Source of the DNA: Mesotaenium endlicherianum
Taxonomy: Eukaryota
Direction: 5' to 3'
Assembly (NCBI GenBank): GCA_009602735.1
Contig: WELA01001907.1
Span: forward strand, 142,601-206,600
DNA length: 64,000 nucleotides
A program made the position numbers and the translations under genes. The notes under the pieces are model-generated. The model saw only the letters and a list, made by a program, of their open reading frames with translations. It was not told where the DNA came from and did not search any database. Position 1 is the stretch's first letter, and every line of letters begins with the position of its first letter. Positions 48,668 to 59,420 of the stretch are shown here, in pieces.

Positions 48668-51600
48668 TCATTTGGCCGCGTCTCTTTTGCGTTTGTTCTT
48701 TGGTGTACGAAGCGCGCCTGGTAGCACACCTGCCTTAGCGCAGAGCTCTTGAGCTTGAGCCCATCGTAACCAATATTTTTGAACAAAATCCTTACAATTA
48801 AGGAGGATCTCATCCTGAGGTTCGTACGAATTCCAACTGGAATCGTAATCGAGCCATTTGATCAAAAGCTCCACTCGCGGAGGCTTATGACGGGTGTAGC
48901 GGTGTCCCAACACCTCTTCTACATCCCAGGCCTTATCATCATCGTCGAGTTCCAACTCTGGTGCTTGTGGCTGATAGCGACCATCGGACCTTAACAGTTT
49001 TAGTAAACTGACATGGAACACAGGATGCGTTCGCCCCATGGATTTAGGCAAATCCAGTCGATATGCAACAGGTCCGACCTTTGCAGTTACGATAAAAGGG
49101 CCTACCCAGCAAGGCAGAAGCTTGCGCTTCCCTGGGTGCCTGAGTTGGAGGTTTTTAGTTTGCAGAAGTACTTTATTGCCAACTTGAAAACTTAACTCAG
49201 TCCTGTGCGTGTCAGCGAACATTTTCTGTCGGTCGCGAGCAGCGGCTAAGGCCAATTTCGCGCTCTTGTGCACCTCTTGAAGAGAGTGGACAAATAAGCG
49301 TGCACTTGGTAATCTCATGGTTGACATCCCCGTCTCACCGGGAACCGAGCGTGTGAGGGGAGTGTGCGGATGTCTTCCATAGTTAAGGAAAAATGGAGTT
49401 TCCTTAACACTTTCTAGATAAGCATTATTAACTGCGAACTCTGCAACTGACAGGAGGGTGTCTCAGTTGTCTTGACAAGGATTCACATAATGCCTAAGGA
49501 ACTGTTGCAGAACCCGGTTCAGGCGTTCTGTCTGACCATCGGTCTGAGGATGGAAGCTAGTTGACATCTTAAGGTTCGTGCCAAAATGCGAGCAAACTTC
49601 CTGCCAGAAGTGGCTCGTAAATCGACTATCACGATCGCTTATGATCTCTTTCGGCATACCATGCAACTTGAACACGTGACCCACGAAGAGACGCGCGGTC
49701 TCGACTGCATCAAGTGATGGTTTAGTGGCCACAAAGTGTACCATCTTAGTGAAACGATCCACGATCGTTAACACCCCATTGTGTCCTCAATCGATGGTAG
49801 GCAATTCAACGACAAAGTCGAGGCTTATGCTTTCCCAAGGAGCACCCGCAAGTTCTAATGGTTGCAACTTCCCAGCGGGCAACGTATTGCTCGGCTTATT
49901 CCTCTGACATGTTGCGCAGTTGATGATGTACTCGGCAATATCAACCTTAAGGGACGGCCAAATGTACCCTCGGCGCAAAGAGTGTGTGGTTTTGGTAATT
50001 CCATGATGACCAAAGTAAGGAGAGTCATGCGCCTCGCGTAGGAGCTCATGTCTTACTCGGCCTTCTGGGACAGCAATGCGCCCATTGTGCCACCAAAAAC
50101 CGTCCTCAAACGTATAGTCTGAGTGTCCTTTCCTTTTGTCCATTCTGTCCATCGTCACGGCTACACCGCTCAAGTCAGATCCCTGGAGATCTAGGAAAAA
50201 CGGATCTTTGAGATAGCCCTCTTGAAATAGTTGATGCAGGTCAAGTACTTCAGAAGTTTGCACGCTATCCAAATCGGGTTGGCCCGCATCACCAGGCCAG
50301 GCAACGCCAGTCGTCTGGGGGGGTACAGCAGAATCAAGGGTGGCCGCCCTCGAAACCTGACCATTTCGTCCTTGCAAACTAGCAACAGTCCCCAACATCA
50401 AGTGGTGGAGGGGAATTCGACTTAATGGGTCCGCAACATTATTGCGACCAGGGCGATACGCCCAGTTAAAGTGGAATCGTTGCAAGAACTCAGACCATCT
50501 CGTCTGGCGCCTCGATAGCGTTGGCTGTATTTGAAAAAAGGTATTTGGACAGTGGTCCGTGACCACGGTCAAACCCTTGCAGCCTTCCAAATAACATCGC
50601 CAAGTTTTTAAAGCATATATGACTGCCCAGAGCTCCTGCTCTGTCGTTGAGTAATTTTGTTCGGCAGGTGTCAACTTTCGACTCTCAAAACATATAGGCT
50701 TGCCCGCCTGCAGCAGGATAGCCCCTACTCCAACACCAGACGCATCGGCGACTACCTCGTAAGGCAAGTCGGGATCGGCTAATGAGAGAAGTGGCGCATT
50801 AGTGAGTGCATACTTAATGCGCTCGAACGCAATCTGCGTAGTCTCATTCCAAATGAAAAGTCTATCTTTCCTTGTCAGAGCAGTGAGTGGCGCGGCCATC
50901 ACTGAGTAACCTTGCATTAACTTACGAAAGTAGTTTGCAAACCCAAGGAATGAACGAACAGTATGCACATCTGTCGGGACAGGCCAATTTGCGACACACG
51001 CAATCTTGGCTGGGTTAGGGCGCACCCCTTTCGAACCCTATATATATGTTGAGGTACAAAAGTTCATCCTTTAGGAAGGAACATTTCTTGAGCTTAGCAT
51101 ACAGCTCTTGCTCACGAAGGATTTGCAACACCAACTTGAGGTGCTTGTAATGCTCGTCCCTGTTCTTTGAATAGACGAGGATATCGTCGAGGTAAACCTG
51201 GACGAATTTTCCCAAGTAAGGTCTAAACAAATCGTTCATCGTGCTTTGGAATGTCGCTGGTGCATTTGTCAGTCCAAAACTTAGGACTTTGTATTGGAAG
51301 TGTCCAATAGGCGTACGAAACGCTGTCTTTGGAACATCCTCTGGTGTGACTCGTATCTGATGATAGCCTTGGGCTAAATCGAGTGAGGAGAACACGTATG
51401 CCCCCTGCAGCGAATCAAACAAGTCATCAATGCGAGGCAACGAATAGCGGTTCTTGACCGTTATGTTGTTCAGCGCACGATAATCAATGCACATCCTGAG
51501 CGTCCCATCTTTCTTTTGGACAAAGAGTATGGGGGCCCCAAATGGAGAAGAGCTCGGCTCAATCCATCCTTTCTCAAGCAAATCGCTAATTTGGGCTTTC

Positions 51601-52760
51601 ATTTCGTTCATCTCCAACGGGCTGAGGCGATAAATTGGTCGCCAAGTTGGTAGAGCATCAGGAACGAGAGGAATCGTATGTCCAATACCCCTATCAGGCG
51701 GGAGGCCAGGCGGTATTTCACTTGGAAACACTGACTTGTACTTTTGCAAAAGAGCAGAAAGTTCAGCTGTAAGTGTGTCTTCATGACCAGTCAAATCGAG
51801 TGTAGGCTCCTCCTTGGAGAGCGTAGTGACTGGGGAATCAGGTCGTAGTAATCCAAAGAAAACATTTTGACCTTTCTTTGCCAAACGTCTAGCTTGCTTT
51901 ATGGACAATAGAAGAGTCTTGGAGGGACTTTCTAATTCCATATCGGGCTTTAGGGATTGAAGAGTGATCTTCCTTGTCGCTTTGCGTACAATGCATGTCT
52001 TTTGACTGAAGTCAAGCAATGCCCTTGTTTGCGTAAGCCAAGTTGTTCCCAAAATTGCATCAATACCCTCGGGCAACTTAGTAACATAGAATTGTTCGTG
52101 GCCGATGTATGATTGCACTTTGAGCTGCAACTTTATCTTTCCGAGAGTACAAGCTAAGGAACCATCGCCAAGTCGAAGGTCCTTGTTCTTGAGTGTTGGA
52201 ATCAACTTCATCCCTTGTGCAAAACGTGCACTAATGAAGCTCACTGACGCGCCTGAATCAATGATGGTGAAGCATGACTTGCCTGAAACTTTCGCGTCAA
52301 ACGTCATACTTAGCCCCAAAGAAGCATTATGCATCACTAGCAATGTCCTCGCCTTAAGAGGAATGTGGGAAATATGGAGGTCCTTTACCAGAATCCCATT
52401 TTGCATTGCCAATCCCGCGCGAAATTGAGTGAAAGGCTCATCGTACGCGCGTTGTTTTGCGAATGCAGCAACATAATTTGGTGCAAGGCACATGTGCGTT
52501 CTCCTTAAATGAGCCAAGTGTGCGTAACACTTTGCAAGGTTAGGATCATGCGGCTGAAAGTGCAAGAACATGGTATCATGGATGCACTCGAGTTCCAAGA
52601 AATCAGCAAAGCTCAACATTTGCATACTAATATATTCCGAACGAAATATATCAATATCGGGTATGCCAGAGAGAACAAGAATCTTGGGTGTATGCAAACA
52701 TACACCTAGAATTTCTTGCTCACTAAGTAGTGTTGTCAATAGCTTAGAAGAAATTGGCAC
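48668..52760 (-). pseudogene. C2 mini-gag/pol fusion (PR-RT-RH-INT-chromodomain), a few frameshifts and stops
   Basis: ORFs 51015-52760, 49787-51025, 49463-49774 and 48668-49327 carry IIDSGAS, YLDD, ADAS, HHCC, SDRD, GPF and a chromodomain. Confidence 0.93.
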
Positions 52761-53493
52761 TTATCAAGTTAAATGCAATGTCAACCTTGACATGATTTGA
52801 GTGAGCGTTGTGATAAGCAGGGCGGTGTTCTTATCGCTTTCAAGCTCAAATCCATGTGAGAGGGGTGAGTCACAAATGGACAAGATACAATAGATGCAAA
52901 AGCATCGTGCCAAAGCAATAGAGAAAGGGAAACAATACACAAACTCAAATGAGCAACAAAATCAACCTAATGTCAAAGAAATATGTCAAATCTGGTCAAA
53001 ACGTGACCAAATATGGACGGCAATGTTCTGAATCCAGAAATTATGCGCGAGTCAATTCTCGTAGAATGACAACAAGTGCGACAATGTCATGGAAAAGACC
53101 CGTGGGCAAAATTCCCTTGTGTATATCAAAACACGCGCATAGCATCCAAGAACACAAGGTGGGTGGGATGGGTGGGGATGAGAAAGAAAGTCCCCTATGG
53201 ACCCCTTTTGTGTGCAACGGTGCAAATAGGCACCCTTCACCACAAAAGTCGAAATCGTCTGAAAAAGAAACAAGCGGCGTAGTTAGCAACGGCAAAAAAA
53301 GGGTTCAACGGAAAAAAAATCCGACAGCGCCTAGTTGGACTAAGGGACCGTTGAGGTTGTCGTCGTGGCCAGCGGCAAGAGCGGCAGCAGCGCAGTTGCA
53401 CCAACAACTGTTGCGTCGGCGCCGGCGTAAGGATTATTCTGAAAATCCTAGGAAATGCCGGAAAATGGAGAAAAAATTTCCCGTCAAAAGTGG

Positions 53494-53651
53494 CTACGAT
53501 AAGCGACCGTAGGTTCAGAGTAGAACTGGGATGTGTGACCGTCCAGTACGAAGAATTGCCCCAAACAGATTTCTACGATAAGCGACCGTAGCCCAGGGCA
53601 GTACTGGAATGGGTGACCTTCCCAATACGAAAAATGGCCCCAAATATATTT
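53494..53651. repeat. Two-copy 79-bp tandem repeat in the C2 5' UTR
   Basis: CTACGATAAGCGACCGTAG is identical at 53494 and 53573; the rest of the unit is degenerate. Confidence 0.8.
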
Positions 53652-54668
53652 TCCCTATAATATATTTTAGCCACTAAAAAAAATAAAATTCCTTGGAGAA
53701 ATCGAGATCGGCTCCGATACTGTTGTTACGTTTCTGCTTTTCGAGAGGATCTTTCCTCGGTATTCAAGGAATATTTAATTCAAGTGGAAGGAAAATCTGT
53801 ATAATTGTGCAAATCGACGAATACTCGAAAGAGCGAAAATGTAAACTAACGTAGAATGTGTGCTTGTGAGAGTTGCACTCACAATGACTCTACAGGTATT
53901 TATACCTGCACAACATGAGGCACTGGAGTGCTTCGAGTCACCACCTAGGGCACTGGTTCATGTTCAACGAAAACGGTCGAAGGGACGTGTCCCATTCGGC
54001 CGAATGCTCGAAACGCGCCGTTTGGCGGTTTGGAGACTTTTCAATGGTTTTCAGAAAACCGGTTCGCGCCAAACGGGCGTTTTCGCGTTCTCGCAACTTT
54101 TCGAAAAGTCGCGATTGTTCGCGGAGTCGCGTGCAAATCATTACGTCATGACCCCGGAGTTACGAATAACTACTTGGCCAATTGGTTTAGGTGTGAACGT
54201 TTCAAACGACAAGTTGCGGGTTAGAATCCGCGTCGATGCAAAGCCTCTATGCATATTTCGTTTTGTTTGTCTTTAAGACGGTTTGTTCGTATCTTGATAC
54301 GACGGTTTGTTTGTATTAACGACTGGTCGTAAATTCGAAATCTGTGATTGTGCATTGTCCAAAAAATGACAATCAAATCAACTTAATCAATCAATGGTTT
54401 AATAAGTGATCATCTCATAATTAATCAAAGTAACTTTATGAATAATTATGTTGTACTTTTGCGAAGTAGTCGAGTTACGTTACGACGCTTTTTGCAATAG
54501 TATCTCGGTCGTTTCGCCAATCGACCAGGAATTAATCGGCACACACGTGAGGCGAATAATTGAATATGATGCAATCATTTATCAAATAATATGATAAATA
54601 GTATAACGTACTTTAGGTAATTGGGAAAACGTCCCAAATACGCCTAAAATAGCTCGGATCGTTACAAC

Positions 54669-54733
54669 TGTAGTGAAACAGATAGATAAAGTATTCTATT
54701 TTACTAAATACTTCATCTATCTGTTTCACTACA
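54669..54733. repeat. 65-bp palindrome formed from two inverted B-LTR U5 ends
   Basis: TGTAGTGAAACAGATAGATAAAGTA, a 15-nt loop, then TACTTCATCTATCTGTTTCACTACA (25-bp arms, one mismatch). Confidence 0.93.
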
Positions 54734-54901
54734 TCCTGCATTGTGCAACGTTTCCAAGCAGGTACAGGGTCCAAAGATGCGACTTTCGTCCTGCCCTTTT
54801 ACAATGTTATCATTGTCCTCACCCTCCATTTCCCAAGACTTGCTAGTTTGAGACCTAGTCCATACCATACACGACTTCTGTGAGAACTGCTCCGATACCA
54901 C

Positions 54902-55647
54902 TGAAATGAATCAATTTACCAATATGCGATTAACTATGAATACAGATCATTATATCAGCGAGTAATCTTTATGGTATTTTCTTTTAACTGGTTAAACAGC
55001 AAAAGACAAACGTACTAGCGGTGGACAATACTCGCAAGTCAAATGCAAGTAAACGAGCATCAATAATGCAATCGATAAACTCGTACATAAGAAAGGCTAG
55101 AAGACAGTGCGTATCAAAGGCTTCTCGCCTTGGATTCAGATATCTCTCAGTAAGCTGTGCAAGAGAGTTGGACTCTTTTTTGAATGCCGAACTTGAGAGC
55201 AATACCTAGCATATGTACATCAAATGAGTTTACTGTTCAACGGCAAGTGCGATGGCACCGCGTACCTGGGAGTTAACCATGTTGGTAGGACCTCGGCTAA
55301 CCATATCCACAGCCATCTTCCATCATCCCAAATCGCCATCCACCTTAAGGGTGCCATCTGGCCACTCATCTAGCACACCACAGTCAGATGCATAGCTAGG
55401 CAGTTCGCTGCTGCCGAGTACGGCAGCCAGCTGACTGTCAAAGAATGTGTGCAAGCTGACACAAGTCAACGGGCTGATCTAATGGACTTCAGCCTGCTGC
55501 TCTCGGCTGAGTGATTTGACTAAGTATTAAGAAACCAGCAGGCTTAAATACAGCAGACTAAATATTAGCTAAAGTTCAACAGGCTAATTTATTTAACTAT
55601 TATATATAAATGAATGTTATATCTATCCAATGCACTGATTCATTACA
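54902..55647 (-). repeat. A2 5' LTR, with PBS at 54889-54900 and the gag start at about 54734-54865
   Basis: TGAAATGAATC...GATTCATTACA. The adjacent MVWTRSQTSKS is homologous to A1 MVRTRSKTSNS. Confidence 0.92.
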
Positions 55648-57610
55648 ACATGCCACTCTTTGCAGCAACATCGCTGGGGATGGTCGAGCAGGTTCCTATT
55701 TGCCAAAGACGGTTAACACAGGAGGCGGCAGGGCTTTCTACGACCCTCTTGGGCTACCCGTCATTGCTTTAGCGACTACTCATTGTCATTGCAGCTGTCC
55801 CCATCCCCACCTTCATTGCGCGCAGCGTCGGAGACTCCCACTCGCTCAGCACTGCATCGTGGGACAGCTTGGCTTGTGTCGGGTCCCTCGCGACTTACGC
55901 CTGGTCACGCTTACATCTAGTTGGCATTAAGCATCAAAGACGTTCCGCCACGCCGGTAACCCGCCACCCCCGCTTTGTGAGGAGTCTACACAGGAGACAA
56001 TCGTCAGAAGTTTCATGCGCAACTGGGAGCACTGCACTCCCAGTCCTCCTCCCCGCGCACGACCGGCCTCACCCAATTTTGCACCTTCTTATGGCATGGT
56101 CACCACGCAAAACGGCATGAGCCGTCTCAAGGCTACTTTCTACGGTGGAGAGCCTAACCTGCGCGTGCGGTTTGCCCTGGAGCAGCTGGCACAAAGTGCC
56201 ACCCATCAGGCGATCCATTGAGAGACACATGGGGGCACGGCAAGAACGGGAGGCACTTGGTATACGTAGGGGCCAGTACCTCGCACAGCCTGTACCACTG
56301 TACATTATGTTAGAGGCCCAAGGTTGCTGGCAGGGCTACCACGATCTTGCCAACGTGGTGCGTCCTTCACCTATCCTTGGTCTCATACCAAGATTGACTC
56401 CCCAGGCCATTTTTTGAAGCGTACAGCGCCTTCTCCTCGCCCCTTATCAGCAAAGTGCTCCTTGTAACTTGCCGCCTACGCAAGCCCCTGGATCAATAGT
56501 CGTTGGATGACGTCCTCCTCGGCACCTATCTACACAAAGTAGCTTGACGAGTGCGGCATCGTTCTTGTGGAGCTCTTCATTGGCATAGCTACAAGACTCC
56601 TTGCACCCTTCATGGAGACATCACAATTTGCCGATAAATTTACATGGACTCGTAGGCACAGCAACTTGCAACTGGCTCGCAGGCAGATACCCCTTTGCCA
56701 CGCTCACTTTTCCAACCTCTTTCTTGCTTGTGCAATGCACATACGGACTAGTATGTGGACATCTATAACATCACAAGCGAGTATGTCATCGTTACTTAGG
56801 AGTGCGAAGGCTTCTCCATTGTTACCGGTAGGGAGGTGTCCTGAAAGACCCTCACACAGCGTTCTTCTGGCACCTCATTTGCGTCCTCAATCTTATATAG
56901 GACTGGCAACCGCCACATACATTGGCCTGGCTCTTGAAGGACGTGGCTGTTCGCAGCGACCACCGCCAGCAGGCGCGGCAAGACTTCGATCCACGTCCGC
57001 CACGGCTACACTATCGACGCCATCTTGGAGGACCAGCAACCGGGGTAGCATGTGGCATTGTTGCCGCACCCATTTCAAGCCCAGTGCAAGGTGGTCGACA
57101 AGGTTTGTGTTGCCCTTCTCACCTTTGTGAGTCGTTTTGACAACCAATCGTTTGTCACCCGCTGAGCGTGGCATGGTCATTAGTTTCGCTACCAGTATGT
57201 ACCAGTGAGCCCGCGCGGTGGTAATGGAGCGCGCGATGGGTTTCCACCTCACCTCACACCGGTGAATGGCCTCACAAAGATCAACCGGGTCCAGCTCCTG
57301 AGACAGGCAATGGACGCCAACATCTTCACATGGATACCACAGCAGGCACCACTCTATGCCACTGCTCGTCACCCAAAGATACCTTGTCACTACGATGACA
57401 CAAACAACAGGCCAGCTCGTGACGAGGACCACACCGCCCCTGCTCCCTACAGATTCCCTCCAGGTCTTTGACACCCTCAGCGCGCAACACCTCCTCCTAG
57501 TCCCAGTCCACAGCGCCCCTACAGCCCTGACTTTGGCTCTCATAGGGGGGGGGAAGCAAAAGAGAGGAGCCTTAGCGACCCTGAGAGATGGGTCTCTCTT
57601 TTTATTTTCT
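55648..57610 (+). pseudogene. Possible 3' part of a LINE (L1-like) ORF2, highly decayed
   Basis: KFTWTRRHSNL...IPLC.....LFLAC......W resembles the zf-RVT pattern, and upstream LPK...GG...LGLP resembles the post-RT PK..GGLG motif. Weak. Confidence 0.4.
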
Positions 57611-57656
57611 AGCCTCTAGAGTGGTGGCGGAGGGCAGCTTGCAGCAGGTGCCAAGG

Positions 57657-58280
57657 TATAATGAATGAGTTCATTACTTATTTAATTTATTGCATATATA
57701 CATATATCATTAAATAAGTAATACGTCAACATACTCATATGTGCGAGTTCATCAAAATAAATGTGTATCGATATTATGCGATTCCCCTTACTTTGTCAAA
57801 AGATCAGCAGCAAGACTTTTGTATAAGAGTATAGTTTGTTGAAATTATTTGTATATATTTAAAGGACATAATATCAGTAGGTTGATAAGCTTGTGTAACA
57901 ATAGTTAGTATACTTGGACTCAGTACGCTGAGGATAATTATTTGTAGATTAGCACATGTGACCGTAGTATATTGAAAGTCGGGTGGTTGACTGAGATTTG
58001 GTAAACCGATGTCGTACCAATGTGGTTAACTCCTGGGTAGGCGGAGCCGTCGTCAGTCAACTGAACAGGTAGGACTTCAATCAATTGACCAATTCATATG
58101 GTCGTTATACCTAGATCCGTGGGTCCCAACTTAACGGGTTTCTCACAAACCAGGTGGTCACTAGGTACATAGCAGGCTAGGATCTCGTGGTCCCTCATCT
58201 GGACTGTAGGCTTTAGAGTCGGATTTCTACTTGCAAGGCATGTGTGCACTTTTGGGTTCGTTATTATGACCTGCTTTCAC
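57657..58280 (+). repeat. Divergent LTR related to family A
   Basis: Starts TATAATGAAT and shares TACCAA.GTGGTTAACTCC.GGGTAGGCGG.GCC.TCG with LTR A. The right end is uncertain. Confidence 0.55.
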
Positions 58281-59089
58281 GAAAGTTGACATGGCTTTTT
58301 TTTCTATGCTTCAAATGGAACAAACAAGGAATTTTCGAAATGATCTCGTTAAGACGTGCCTGTTGCCATTAAGTTTGCTCAATTAAAAGTAGTGCTGACA
58401 GAGTTATGCCCTTTGGCATTTTGGGGTCACATAGCGAACATATTCCATGGTTTTGCACCTAAGTCAGTGGGATGTGTTTTGGCTATATTATGGTCAATTG
58501 AACGAGAGCGCCTTTGCTATTCAGTCCTCTGATGTTGTGTATGTGCTTATACATGCTTGTATGCCGGTAGGCAGGAGGCCATGAGTTTCTAAAGGAGAAG
58601 CTCTAATCCTCAAGCTTGCCTCTTTCTTATGCCTTGTGTTAGTGTGCAACTATGGCACACTATAATAAGTGAGTCAAGGGGTATAGATGAGTAAATGGAA
58701 TTCAATATAAGGGCAAAATTTGCAGCCTGATTTACACGCTTCCACCTATCTTTGATGTTATATATTTAAATGAAATATATATCTTGAATAAGGAAGATTC
58801 ATTTTACAAGGAGAAGATGTCAGCAGCATGGTAGGTCTGGAGACGCCACCAGTGGCCCTTATATGAAAGCTGGGGGGAACGCTCATATAGTTGCAGGCTG
58901 TACAGGTGGCATCGATGTCAGATGCGAGGCGCGACGTCAACTTTTCTAGCAGCATGAAGGAGCTCAAAGTCTACGAGGGTGCCCCAATGAAGCTCCCTCT
59001 CATGATAGAGGATCCTAGCTTCAAGAAGAGATTTCGACTTAGTAATTTTGGGAACGGCTAGGTCGACGCGTGGACGGGTGAGCTCAAAG

Positions 59090-59420
59090 AAGGCAAGATT
59101 TATCAAGGATTCAACTTCTAATTGCACCGCCGCCAGTGTAATGCGAGTGAAGAAGGACCTCTTGAGACAGTAGTTAGCGAAGAGGACGTGCGATGACTAT
59201 TGTGCGCTGAACGAGGTCACCAAGCAAGACCGCTGCCGTATGCCTACAATTGACGAGACCTTTGACGACGTGAGTACTGTACCTGGCTCTCCGATCTATA
59301 TCTAAAACAAGGTTTCAACCAGATACCCATTGCAGAGTAGAAAAGGCACAAGACAGTGTCCAAAGGTACCTAAAGGCTCTACCAGTTGAAGACGATTTCT
59401 TTTGGCCTGAAGAACGCACC
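59090..59420 (+). pseudogene. Ty3/gypsy RT N-terminal fragment of a different lineage
   Basis: Manual translation: FIKDSTS...KKD...KRTCDDYCALNEVTKQDR..MPTIDE.FD...LKQGFNQI.I...KT...FGLKNAP, cut by element E. Confidence 0.75.

Larger units (their letters stand above)
47593..54666 (-). mobile_element. Full-length family-C chromovirus C2
   Basis: Highly similar LTRs at 47593-48525 and 53724-54666. Perfect TSD ACTGT (47588-47592 and 54667-54671). PPT at 48526-48536 and PBS-like sequence at 53711-53720. Confidence 0.95.
41396..54733 (-). mobile_element. Family-B copy B2, inserted in A2 gag; its 5' end is interrupted by C2 and its 5' LTR is reduced to a 65-bp palindrome
   Basis: 3' LTR at 41396-41891, PBS at 47577-47588, near-TSD ACCTG (41391-41395) and TCCTG (54734-54738). 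A2 gag reads through the join (..NAG|AREAA..). Confidence 0.9.

Noticed and set aside
52949..53512. 187-aa antisense ORF in the C2 leader
   Set aside because: Low-complexity and basic, a single observation, and no domain evidence.
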